64,000 bases of DNA from an uncultured virus (IMG/VR IMGVR_UViG_3300032322_002129) (lineage: Duplodnaviria; Heunggongvirae; Uroviricota; Caudoviricetes), in the IMG/VR virus record IMGVR_UViG_3300032322_002129; one strand, written 5' to 3'. The stretch's first letter is position 1; every line of letters starts with the position of its first letter. A program made the position numbers and the translations under genes. A model generated the notes under the pieces. The model had not been told where the DNA came from. It saw only the letters and a list, made by a program, of their open reading frames with translations, and made no database searches. Shown here piece after piece: positions 9,952-17,670 of the stretch.

Positions 9952-10398
9952 TTAACGTGGCATCCATCGTATTTCCTTACCATGTGCAACTACAAGAGAG
10001 CCAAGAGCGCGTACAAATGACTCATGTTCTACGTGCGTGAACATAACACGAACAATTGATGTTCTGTTTTTAGAATCTGCTACTACAATCTCCCAGATAG
10101 GATTTCCCATATCAGCCCTACGAAAAATCGTAACATCAGATGTATAAACACTGTTATTTGTATATCTAAGCTCAAAATGATTATCTACATAATTAGCATA
10201 TTCCATAGTAGCTAAATTACATTCGTATGTATATCCTCCTCGAATGACGCTTAGCTCAAATGTGTCTTTATCAACTTCAATTTGTACTTGTGAAGAAGTT
10301 AAATCATAGTAGTCTACTGTTGTACCGGCATGCAGCATTGAACTGTATGCAAACGTAGAATACTTTACTGGTTTACCAGTAAACACTTTTGTTTCCAT
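9952..10398 (-). CDS. Hypothetical beta-rich early protein
   Basis: Between elements; IWEI.V.D and VMFT resemble the 7600/8018 paralogs. Confidence 0.75.
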   Translation of the reverse strand: METKVFTGKPVKYSTFAYSSMLHAGTTVDYYDLTSSQVQIEVDKDTFELSVIRGGYTYECNLATMEYANYVDNHFELRYTNNSVYTSDVTIFRRADMGNPIWEIVVADSKNRTSIVRVMFTHVEHESFVRALGSLVVAHGKEIRWMPR

Positions 10399-10511
10399 AG
10401 TTTATTCTTTCTGTGTGTTTTTGTTATGCTCTGATTATACCACTTCCCGCGCAAGGTGTCAAGAGCTTTTTGTTAGAGAAGCGTTAACACCTTGCGCGGA
10501 TAATGTATAAC

Positions 10512-10805
10512 CTAATTTAACTTCGACACATTACGTAACTCTGCATTAAGATTCAAATACACATCAGCTTTAGTTACTGCATCATCACGTAACATACGCA
10601 ATTCTGGAGTAGCACGATTCAGCACAGAGTCATACCGCGCATCCTGTGCTTTTCGCCCATACACTACTACCAGCTGTTGTGCATAACGCTTATCGGCTTC
10701 CATGGCTTCCACAAATGCTTTTACAACAAGGTTATACAAATCAGTGCTCATAATTACTCCTAGTCTACAATTTGTACTGGTACCAATTCCGATCGCTTTA
10801 CCCAT
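10512..10805 (-). CDS. Hypothetical helical protein (likely start MSTDL at ~10751)
   Basis: AGGAG RBS before the internal ATG. Confidence 0.65.
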   Translation of the reverse strand: MGKAIGIGTSTNCRLGVIMSTDLYNLVVKAFVEAMEADKRYAQQLVVVYGRKAQDARYDSVLNRATPELRMLRDDAVTKADVYLNLNAELRNVSKLN

Positions 10806-10957
10806 CCATAATAGTATTTAATTCCAGGATAGGTTTCTACCAACACATCATCTGGAGTAATCCCATACTCATGCTCATTAGGCTCTTCACGTATGATTAC
10901 GACAGGGTATTTTACTCCATACTTTGTATAAAGGTAAAGCTGTTGTGGTTGGCGCAT
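10760..10957 (-). CDS. Small hypothetical protein, possibly SH3-like
   Basis: AAAGGA RBS; YGWVKRSEL end. Confidence 0.6.
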   Translation of the reverse strand: MRQPQQLYLYTKYGVKYPVVIIREEPNEHEYGITPDDVLVETYPGIKYYYGWVKRSELVPVQIVD

Positions 10958-11164
10958 AGGCTGTCCTTTCGTCTTATTGCTTCACACGTATGCAGTATAG
11001 CACAGGCTATACTGCTAGTCAACTAGATTTTGTTAGAGAGGTGTTAGCAATAATAGTGCACAGTTTTATATCTCTGTATATATTGTACGCGCATGCATGC
11101 GTGCGCGGTTCTATTGCATACATGCGTGTGCGTGCGCCTATGTATTATGCACTCACGGAATATA

Positions 11165-11238
11165 GTAGAATAATTCATAACACTAGTACATTATTCCTGA
11201 TAGCTGCTGTAATGTACTAGTGTTATGAATTATCCTAC
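11165..11238. repeat. Long inverted repeat (29-bp arms, 1 mismatch, 16-nt loop)
   Basis: GTAGAATAATTCATAACACTAGTACATTA ... TAATGTACTAGTGTTATGAATTATCCTAC. Confidence 0.9.
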
Positions 11239-11248
11239 CTACTACAGG

Positions 11249-11941
11249 CTATAGACGCTTTCGATGTTGCCAAGTCTTAGGCCACAGCTGTTCCATGATT
11301 TCGCCTATAATGTGCGCATACTTTTTAATTTCTTGCTGAGCCTCTTCATGATCTCGAAGATTAACAAAATGTGCTACCGCTTGAAAACTTGCTGTCCAGT
11401 AAAAGTTGGTATACATTGCCATTCCTAGCATCGCTCGTGCTTGCTCTGGTGCAATACCATCTTCCACCATATCATTATACAGATCAATTTGCGCTTGCAT
11501 CAGATCTTCATACTTTCCCAACCAAAATAGTGAGTTTGGATGGGGCTTGTCAATACTTCCCTGCTTCTTGTTCTCTGCTGCAATTCGAAAGTACTCTGGC
11601 TTCCAGTATCCATCATACTCAATATACCTGCCACTCTGCTCACTCCATGGAGCATCTTTGTACTGTTCATGACTCCATTCACAGCCTACAAGGTGTTTTT
11701 GCCATTGCCGCGCAACAAAGAGTGGAGCTTTTACCTGGAAGGTGATCATCGCGTGTCGAAATGGTGTAGTGTGTGCTGGCTCTGCTTCTGCTAGGAACTT
11801 GATAAGACGCTCATCCTTGGAGTCTAGTGTTTCTTTCTGCTTATTAAAACTTGCCCGCGCAGCGTTTACCGCAGTAAGATCGCTTCCCATATAGTCAATT
11901 ACTCGTACAAACCCTACCTCATCATCTAGAAAATACTGCAT
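11249..11941 (-). CDS. thyX: Flavin-dependent thymidylate synthase
   Basis: VNAARASF, HTTPFRH, ARQW, SEQSGRY, APEQARAML, AQQEI. Confidence 0.93.
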   Translation of the reverse strand: MQYFLDDEVGFVRVIDYMGSDLTAVNAARASFNKQKETLDSKDERLIKFLAEAEPAHTTPFRHAMITFQVKAPLFVARQWQKHLVGCEWSHEQYKDAPWSEQSGRYIEYDGYWKPEYFRIAAENKKQGSIDKPHPNSLFWLGKYEDLMQAQIDLYNDMVEDGIAPEQARAMLGMAMYTNFYWTASFQAVAHFVNLRDHEEAQQEIKKYAHIIGEIMEQLWPKTWQHRKRL

Positions 11942-11986
11942 AAACTTTCTCCTTTTTTTTTATTTTCAAAAATTCTGAAAATAGAA

Positions 11987-12487
11987 CTATATGATATTTC
12001 CCTGTGCGTCAAGTTTTATCTCACCCCATACCACACGACCCTCTTGAATTGCACGCTGTACTGCCTTCTGGTGTTTTGATAGTTTTGATTCACCAGTCTT
12101 AATTTCCAGAAATACAATCTCTTTTACTTCAGAAGCAACTCCATCTTTTACATCAGTGTATCCATCAATAACAATATAGTCTGCAAAATCACCAAGGAAA
12201 CGATAATCATATGGATTATACTTTCCTGTAAGTGTAGGAATGAATTGTTGTAATACTTGCCCTCGAATAGCATTACGTGCTGCATCATTACTCTTCTTTG
12301 CCTTCTGTGCATATGCAGCCTCATACTCCTTCCGAATACTCTCTTTGCTAGTAGAAAGCTGATCCTCGTAGCGCTTCTTATAGGTTTCCTCTAGATACTG
12401 TTTTGTGCGGCGAATAAAATACACATAACCTACAATACATACAATAACAATACATCCTGTAATGATAATTTCTACTAGCATATCCAT
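11987..12487 (-). CDS. Holliday-junction resolvase-like endonuclease with N-terminal TM
   Basis: IRGQV.QQ..P, RFLG..ADYIV.DG, IVFLEIKTG.S.LS..Q. Confidence 0.8.
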   Translation of the reverse strand: MDMLVEIIITGCIVIVCIVGYVYFIRRTKQYLEETYKKRYEDQLSTSKESIRKEYEAAYAQKAKKSNDAARNAIRGQVLQQFIPTLTGKYNPYDYRFLGDFADYIVIDGYTDVKDGVASEVKEIVFLEIKTGESKLSKHQKAVQRAIQEGRVVWGEIKLDAQGNII

Positions 12488-12505
12488 AATGAGTACTCCT
12501 TTTGT

Positions 12506-12901
12506 TTAATGGTTTTGTGCGTGGTGTTTTAAATATCGCGCAAACTCTTCCAGCTTCGACCAAGCATACCGCTGCTTTGCACGTATCATCAACTGATTAT
12601 CAGATATACGTAGCATTGTAGCAATATCTTCAATGCTAATGGTAAGCATTGCACTAATATGCTCAACAGTTCTATTAGTAGCAGCAGCCAACTCATCCAC
12701 AGTAAATCCATACGCATAGAGTAAGAGTAGTCGTTTACGAAACGGTGGGATTTGTGTGAGGGCAACATCAATATCACACCGTGTTTCTACATCTACTTTA
12801 TTATCTACATAATCAATAAGCAACTCCTTCATATATGCTGACATAGTTGTACCTTTAATAACATGTTGAGAAGAACATACACTGCTTACACTCTTGATCA
12901 A
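12506..12901 (-). CDS. Sigma-70 region-4-like HTH protein
   Basis: DIDVALTQIP..RKRLLLLY.YGFTVDELA pattern. Confidence 0.6.
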   Translation of the reverse strand: MIKSVSSVCSSQHVIKGTTMSAYMKELLIDYVDNKVDVETRCDIDVALTQIPPFRKRLLLLYAYGFTVDELAAATNRTVEHISAMLTISIEDIATMLRISDNQLMIRAKQRYAWSKLEEFARYLKHHAQNH

Positions 12902-13646
12902 GCAGCCTGCGTGCGGGGGGGATAGTAAATACCCTACTCACCAAATCTTGTACATCACCAGTAAAGCGATCAAGCAGTACATCATAGTTTGAGAGATCTA
13001 CAGGAAAAAACTCATTAGTCTTTAAATGATGCCAAACGACACGATATGGAGCACTGCCATAAATCTGCTCATAAGCCCATCGATACACAAGAAATTGTGG
13101 ATCTTGCTTGAGATCTTTTTCTGAAGGAGCTTTGCTGTTACTCTTGTGATCTACAATGGTACCATCTTTGGTAATCATATCAATAATTCCTTCCATCCAG
13201 CAGATTGGTGATTCTGCATTTGGAAATGGAAGAGCAAAGCGATACTCCATAACATCTGGAACAAGTGTACGATAGGATAGTTTACGTAGGATTTCTTTTC
13301 CGTCTTTTAGTGCTGCCCCCGCATACTCTTCGCCTACTACTGGTGCTTCCTCCTGCCATGTGCTGAGTGTGGTAAGAAGTGTTTCCTGATACACTCCAAG
13401 AGCCTTGTTAAGCGCTTTTACCCCATCTGCATCTTTGTTGTACAGTGTGTAATAGGCTTCAATTGAAGCATGCAGTGCAGTACCTTTAAGTGCGTAGATA
13501 TTCTTCTGCTCTTCTGGACGTTGATCTTTTGGTAAGCCGTAGCGTAGGTAATACTTTCGCGCACACGTTCGGTACATCTTTACCCGAGAGACAGAAAGTG
13601 TAGGAAGATCATGAACATTAGGAACAATTGCTGGTTGTTTATACAT
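12855..13646 (-). CDS. PD-(D/E)XK exonuclease (RecB/Cas4-like, 4 Cys)
   Basis: LSVS...Y.TC, GT.LH, GIID, IVDHKS, Q..VY, C..C.F...C. Confidence 0.88.
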   Translation of the reverse strand: MYKQPAIVPNVHDLPTLSVSRVKMYRTCARKYYLRYGLPKDQRPEEQKNIYALKGTALHASIEAYYTLYNKDADGVKALNKALGVYQETLLTTLSTWQEEAPVVGEEYAGAALKDGKEILRKLSYRTLVPDVMEYRFALPFPNAESPICWMEGIIDMITKDGTIVDHKSNSKAPSEKDLKQDPQFLVYRWAYEQIYGSAPYRVVWHHLKTNEFFPVDLSNYDVLLDRFTGDVQDLVSRVFTIPPARRLLDQECKQCMFFSTCY

Positions 13647-14756
13647 TTACTTTTCCTCTTTATTTAATCGCTTATGAATAAGATCAATGTATGTAGGGTT
13701 TAGTTCAATAAGTATAGAACTTCGATTAAAGCGTTTTGCTACTGCTCCTACAGTACCGCTTCCAGCAAAAGGATCTAATACAACGCAAGAGATTGGTTGG
13801 TTATTTTCACAATTACACCCTGGTTTCCAACCAATAGTTTCTTTACGTAATACTTTTTGTGTGCTATCGTTATGAACAGTAAAAGATCCCCTTACACCTT
13901 TATCAATTTGATTATCACCCATCAAAGGATTACCATTGCTGTCATAATTATGCCTTCCTTGCATTTCTGCCTGTCTACCATCAGGACTAGTAACTAGTAT
14001 TCGTCTTTTGTAGGGAGTACCACAGCTTATACAACAACCATGCTCACTAGTACCGGCAAGTAAGCATGGCTCCACTAGTGCTTCCGGCATTACTGCAAAA
14101 TGAGCATCTTTGAATGGTTTTGTTGTAATTGTCCAAACAGAACGTCGGTTTCGGCCTAATTCACTATATCTATCAACATCCACACCAGCAGCATTATTAG
14201 AGTAAGCTGCGGCGTTTGGCTCTCTTACTGCTTCAGAGTCATAGTAATATTTCTCACTTTTAGCAAATAAAAATACATATTCATGTGATTTTGTACATCT
14301 GTCTGTAACACTCTCTGGCATTGGGTTTGGTTTATGCCAGATAATATCCTGTCTAAGCCACCAACCATCAGCTTGAAGGGCTAAAGCTACACGCCATGGT
14401 ATACCGATAAGATCTTTAGGCTTAAGACCTCTCCAAAGCTCTTTACGAAATGTGTCTGTGTTATGTCTCTTTGCACCAACATTCTGTTGAGTGTTTCCTA
14501 CTTTCATATTGTTATATGTATCTCCAAGATTCAACCACAACGTACCATCATTACGTAGTACTCGTCGTACTTCACGAAACACGTTTACCATAGATGCGAC
14601 ATAGGCTTCTGGTGTAGGTTCTAGTCCGATTTGTTTATCGTGCCCATAATCACGCAGACCCCAATATGGTGGGGATGTAATACAACAGTGAACACTGTTA
14701 TCTGGTAAAGATTGTAGTATTGTTAAACTATCTCCCTGTAAAACTTGATATGTCAT
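13647..14756 (-). CDS. N4-C/N6-A DNA methyltransferase
   Basis: TSPPY motif IV and DPFAGSGT motif I. Confidence 0.92.
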   Translation of the reverse strand: MTYQVLQGDSLTILQSLPDNSVHCCITSPPYWGLRDYGHDKQIGLEPTPEAYVASMVNVFREVRRVLRNDGTLWLNLGDTYNNMKVGNTQQNVGAKRHNTDTFRKELWRGLKPKDLIGIPWRVALALQADGWWLRQDIIWHKPNPMPESVTDRCTKSHEYVFLFAKSEKYYYDSEAVREPNAAAYSNNAAGVDVDRYSELGRNRRSVWTITTKPFKDAHFAVMPEALVEPCLLAGTSEHGCCISCGTPYKRRILVTSPDGRQAEMQGRHNYDSNGNPLMGDNQIDKGVRGSFTVHNDSTQKVLRKETIGWKPGCNCENNQPISCVVLDPFAGSGTVGAVAKRFNRSSILIELNPTYIDLIHKRLNKEEK

Positions 14757-14771
14757 AGATAAATCCTCTCA

Positions 14772-15197
14772 CTATACTCTTTCATCTAATTCAACACCGT
14801 CTTCAGTATACCACAATCTTGGTAATCCTGCAAGTCTCGCAATGTCAAACATGTGCTTTACTCCAGTATCATATTGTAGGTAGTTATGAAATACTATTAC
14901 AAGATCTGGTCTACCTTCAGAAAGCATCTGCTTATTGCGATATATTCCAGCAACTTTACCAAACCTATCCCAGTTTGCTGGAAACTTCTTTACTGGTATT
15001 TTAAAAACCACATCACATAGATGAATTACAATGGTATCTAATCCACGAGAACAACCACTTACTACAACAAAGTGATCGTAACGATCTTTACATTCCTGGA
15101 GTACTTGTCGGACTAATCCCACATTTTTCCAATCAAGATCGCCACAAAGTAGAATAGTATATGGTGCTGAAGGATCTCTTGGTACTGGCGGTAACAT
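14772..15197 (-). CDS. YspA/SLOG-family (DUF2493-like) protein
   Basis: LLCGD..W, VVSG..RGLD, PANW..FGK.AG..RN.QML, GV.HM. Confidence 0.85.
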   Translation of the reverse strand: MLPPVPRDPSAPYTILLCGDLDWKNVGLVRQVLQECKDRYDHFVVVSGCSRGLDTIVIHLCDVVFKIPVKKFPANWDRFGKVAGIYRNKQMLSEGRPDLVIVFHNYLQYDTGVKHMFDIARLAGLPRLWYTEDGVELDERV

Positions 15198-15199
15198 AG

Positions 15200-15592
15200 T
15201 TATTTCATGTCCGTTTTTGCTTTCAATGCGAATGTACTAGATGCGTACATATGACGAATATACTCCAGCTTTTTTACACGTGCATCGTATACTTCAATCT
15301 CTGCTTCAATAGTTGCTAACTCTTCTTGAAGATCTTGGGTGTGGATAATGATTTGTTTCTTTACCTCAGCTCCACGAGGCTTATCAGCATCGATTGTTAG
15401 CTTATCCTCTATCTCTGTAATTTGCCTACGTAATACTCTTGCTTGCTTTCGCAAGTTACCCAGTGTATCAAAAGCATTTACTACCGTATAGTAATCTGGA
15501 GGATTCTCAAGCCAGGAATTAAGACGATCTTCAATCACTTGATTAGGAGTTTTTTCCTGCTGTGCACGACCAGTTACAAGATCTAATTTCAT
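15200..15592 (-). CDS. Coiled-coil hypothetical protein
   Basis: Heptad pattern; AGGAG RBS. Confidence 0.7.
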   Translation of the reverse strand: MKLDLVTGRAQQEKTPNQVIEDRLNSWLENPPDYYTVVNAFDTLGNLRKQARVLRRQITEIEDKLTIDADKPRGAEVKKQIIIHTQDLQEELATIEAEIEVYDARVKKLEYIRHMYASSTFALKAKTDMK

Positions 15593-15798
15593 TTTTCACT
15601 CCTACACTGTGTAAGAATATCGGTAAGTCCAACAAGAAGCGTACGCAGCTCATTGATCTCTACACGGATCTCTTTCTTATCAAATGTATCTACAATAAAA
15701 ATCCACCAAGTATTACCAACATACACACGGCTAAGATGAAAACGATCATTGACAATAATTGGCTGCATAGCACTATCCTTTCTAACCAGTTATAGTTT

Positions 15799-16767
15799 TT
15801 AACTAATTCCTAGCTTTTCAATAACGAGTATACGTAGACGATCCATGTCGAATGTTTGCATTGCTTTTTCCATACCGTGTGCTTTGGTTTCTTCAAAAGT
15901 ATACCTTGCCCCCGCACGTTCTACAATACCCAACTCTTCACCCATTGCAATAAGATGCTGCTTGTAGTTAATCCCTTCACCATACTCTAATTGGAAATGT
16001 ACTTGCCTACCCTCTGGGCCTAGTTTAGTTTTTTCTACAGTAGCAACAACTTCTGCTTTTGTATCTTCATTCTTCACCCGCACCAGCTCAATAGTTACTC
16101 GTGATACGTACTGTACAATACGTGCACCATATGCTTTCTTTTCCTTTCTACTCATAGTAGAAATATTTGCGCGGTATTGATTAATAAGAATAACTAACGC
16201 ATCAGCAGCAGAGACAAGGTGAATAAGCCTTCGTAGAATACGAGTAAGCGGATTAGCGCTAGAGCTCATCTTTTCTGGATCAGTAAGCGCTTTGTCTTCT
16301 TCGCTTTTCGGCTCAAACATTGGAATACTATCGACAATAACAAGCTGTAATCCTTCAGTAAGAAATGCTTCTACCAGTGCAAATGCTTCCTCACCATAGC
16401 GTGATTCAACTACCAGTAACTTGTCAAGATCAATACCAATCTTTTTTGCATATACTGGATCAAAGCTATGCTCAAAGTCAAGCCAAATAGCATTGACAAA
16501 GCGTGTTGCTTTCTGGTATGGGATCTCTATTCCTTTAATATTGGTCTCTTGTGCGCGGGCTACAAAATCCGCAGCAAGAGTACTCTTCCCATGCTTCGGC
16601 TCTCCAATCAACTGAATAATACTTCCACCAGGAATATATCCACCAATACCAAGAGCTGCGTTTAGTCCAGGTAAACCTGTACGAAACTTGTGATGATCTA
16701 CATGCTCATTACCAAAGCGAATGGTATCTTTTTGATCTGCTAATAGTTTTGAAATAAGTTGGCTCAT
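15799..16767 (-). CDS. recA: RecA-like recombinase
   Basis: GEPKHGKST Walker A, DFEHSFDP.YA..IGID, IVDS, ILINQ.R. Confidence 0.9.
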   Translation of the reverse strand: MSQLISKLLADQKDTIRFGNEHVDHHKFRTGLPGLNAALGIGGYIPGGSIIQLIGEPKHGKSTLAADFVARAQETNIKGIEIPYQKATRFVNAIWLDFEHSFDPVYAKKIGIDLDKLLVVESRYGEEAFALVEAFLTEGLQLVIVDSIPMFEPKSEEDKALTDPEKMSSSANPLTRILRRLIHLVSAADALVILINQYRANISTMSRKEKKAYGARIVQYVSRVTIELVRVKNEDTKAEVVATVEKTKLGPEGRQVHFQLEYGEGINYKQHLIAMGEELGIVERAGARYTFEETKAHGMEKAMQTFDMDRLRILVIEKLGIS

Positions 16768-16770
16768 GTA

Positions 16771-17661
16771 CTACTCCTTATCTCCATGTATCCCAGACAA
16801 AATATGAGCAATTACATCAACAGTCCAACCATTACCGAGCATCTTATAGCGATGTGTTTTTGGATGTCCCTCAGTGTAATTGTCTGGTAATGTTTGTAGC
16901 CTTTCACATTCAACTGGTGTGAGTTTTCTTGTTGTGTATCTACCATCTGGTAGATTTATAAAGTACTGATTATATGAACCATCATCCTCTTCAATAGACA
17001 CAAACTTATTATACACAGTGTATGATTTGTCTTTAGTAGGTGGCTCAAACACTAATGTTCTCATATGATTTGTTTTTTTAACATGACGCTTCATGGTAGT
17101 ACCAAAAGAGTAATGAGCATCAACACAATATGATTTATCCCTATCAACAATACCAGACTCTACAATATCTTGCAGTACTAGTGTAGTAGGCTCTGGTAGT
17201 GGTAGTTGTGGTATGTTTGTCCAATAATAACGCTTTCTTAGCTGTGCTGAAAAGTGTGAAGAATTAATACATATAGGTTCAACACCAATAAGATTTGTTA
17301 TTATATCTAACCACTCTTTCTTCATTGATACATTTTCTAATAGAAAATATTTAGGTTTTACAGACTTTACTATATCTACAAAATTGTATAATAGAGCACT
17401 TCTTGGATCATCAAACCCTCTCCTCATTCCTACATTGCTAAAACCTTGACATGGAGATCCACCCATAACAAGATTTATATTTTCTGGTATTATTATACTT
17501 TGTATATCTCCTAACTGTATTGTATTAGGAAAATGTTTCTGTGTTACTTGGATCGCCCTCGTGTCAATTTCTGAAGCATAGTATTTACTATATTCAATAC
17601 CAGTACGTCGTAATGCAACTTGACCACAGCTAATACCATCAAATAAACTTAATACGTTCAT
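16771..17661 (-). CDS. C5-cytosine DNA methyltransferase
   Basis: LSLFDG, GGSPCQGFS, LLENV, Q.R.R.YW, ERLQ, GNGW. Confidence 0.93.
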   Translation of the reverse strand: MNVLSLFDGISCGQVALRRTGIEYSKYYASEIDTRAIQVTQKHFPNTIQLGDIQSIIIPENINLVMGGSPCQGFSNVGMRRGFDDPRSALLYNFVDIVKSVKPKYFLLENVSMKKEWLDIITNLIGVEPICINSSHFSAQLRKRYYWTNIPQLPLPEPTTLVLQDIVESGIVDRDKSYCVDAHYSFGTTMKRHVKKTNHMRTLVFEPPTKDKSYTVYNKFVSIEEDDGSYNQYFINLPDGRYTTRKLTPVECERLQTLPDNYTEGHPKTHRYKMLGNGWTVDVIAHILSGIHGDKE

Positions 17662-17670
17662 ACATCACTC

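Larger units (their letters stand above)
1..11049 (-). repeat. Array of ~18 dispersed promoter/inverted-repeat elements separating small genes (approx. 1-61, 546-623, 1053-1131, 1428-1505, 1937-2005, 3004-3064 degenerate, 3451-3529, 4296-4372, 4605-4683, 5348-5413, 5815-5882, 6656-6736, 7155-7233, 7531-7598, 8430-8500, 9891-9959, 10434-10499, 10994-11049)
   Basis: Minus-strand consensus CCGCGCA-N5-TTAACA-N5-CTAACA-N8-TTGACA(or TAGACA)-N17 containing TGCGCGG-TATAAT-N6-GTAATC, then RBS and start codon. Confidence 0.95.

Noticed and set aside
1..11049. Integron attC cassette array (GTTAGA/TAAC motifs, stop codons inside TTAAC)
   Set aside because: No integron integrase in the window, the TAAC/GTT boxes do not form the outer R''/R' pair of the stem, and each element contains a full promoter, unlike attC
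1..11049. CRISPR array
   Set aside because: Repeats are degenerate, ~80 bp, and separated by whole genes of variable length
12855..13646. Cas4 as part of a CRISPR system
   Set aside because: No array or other cas genes; typical stand-alone phage exonuclease
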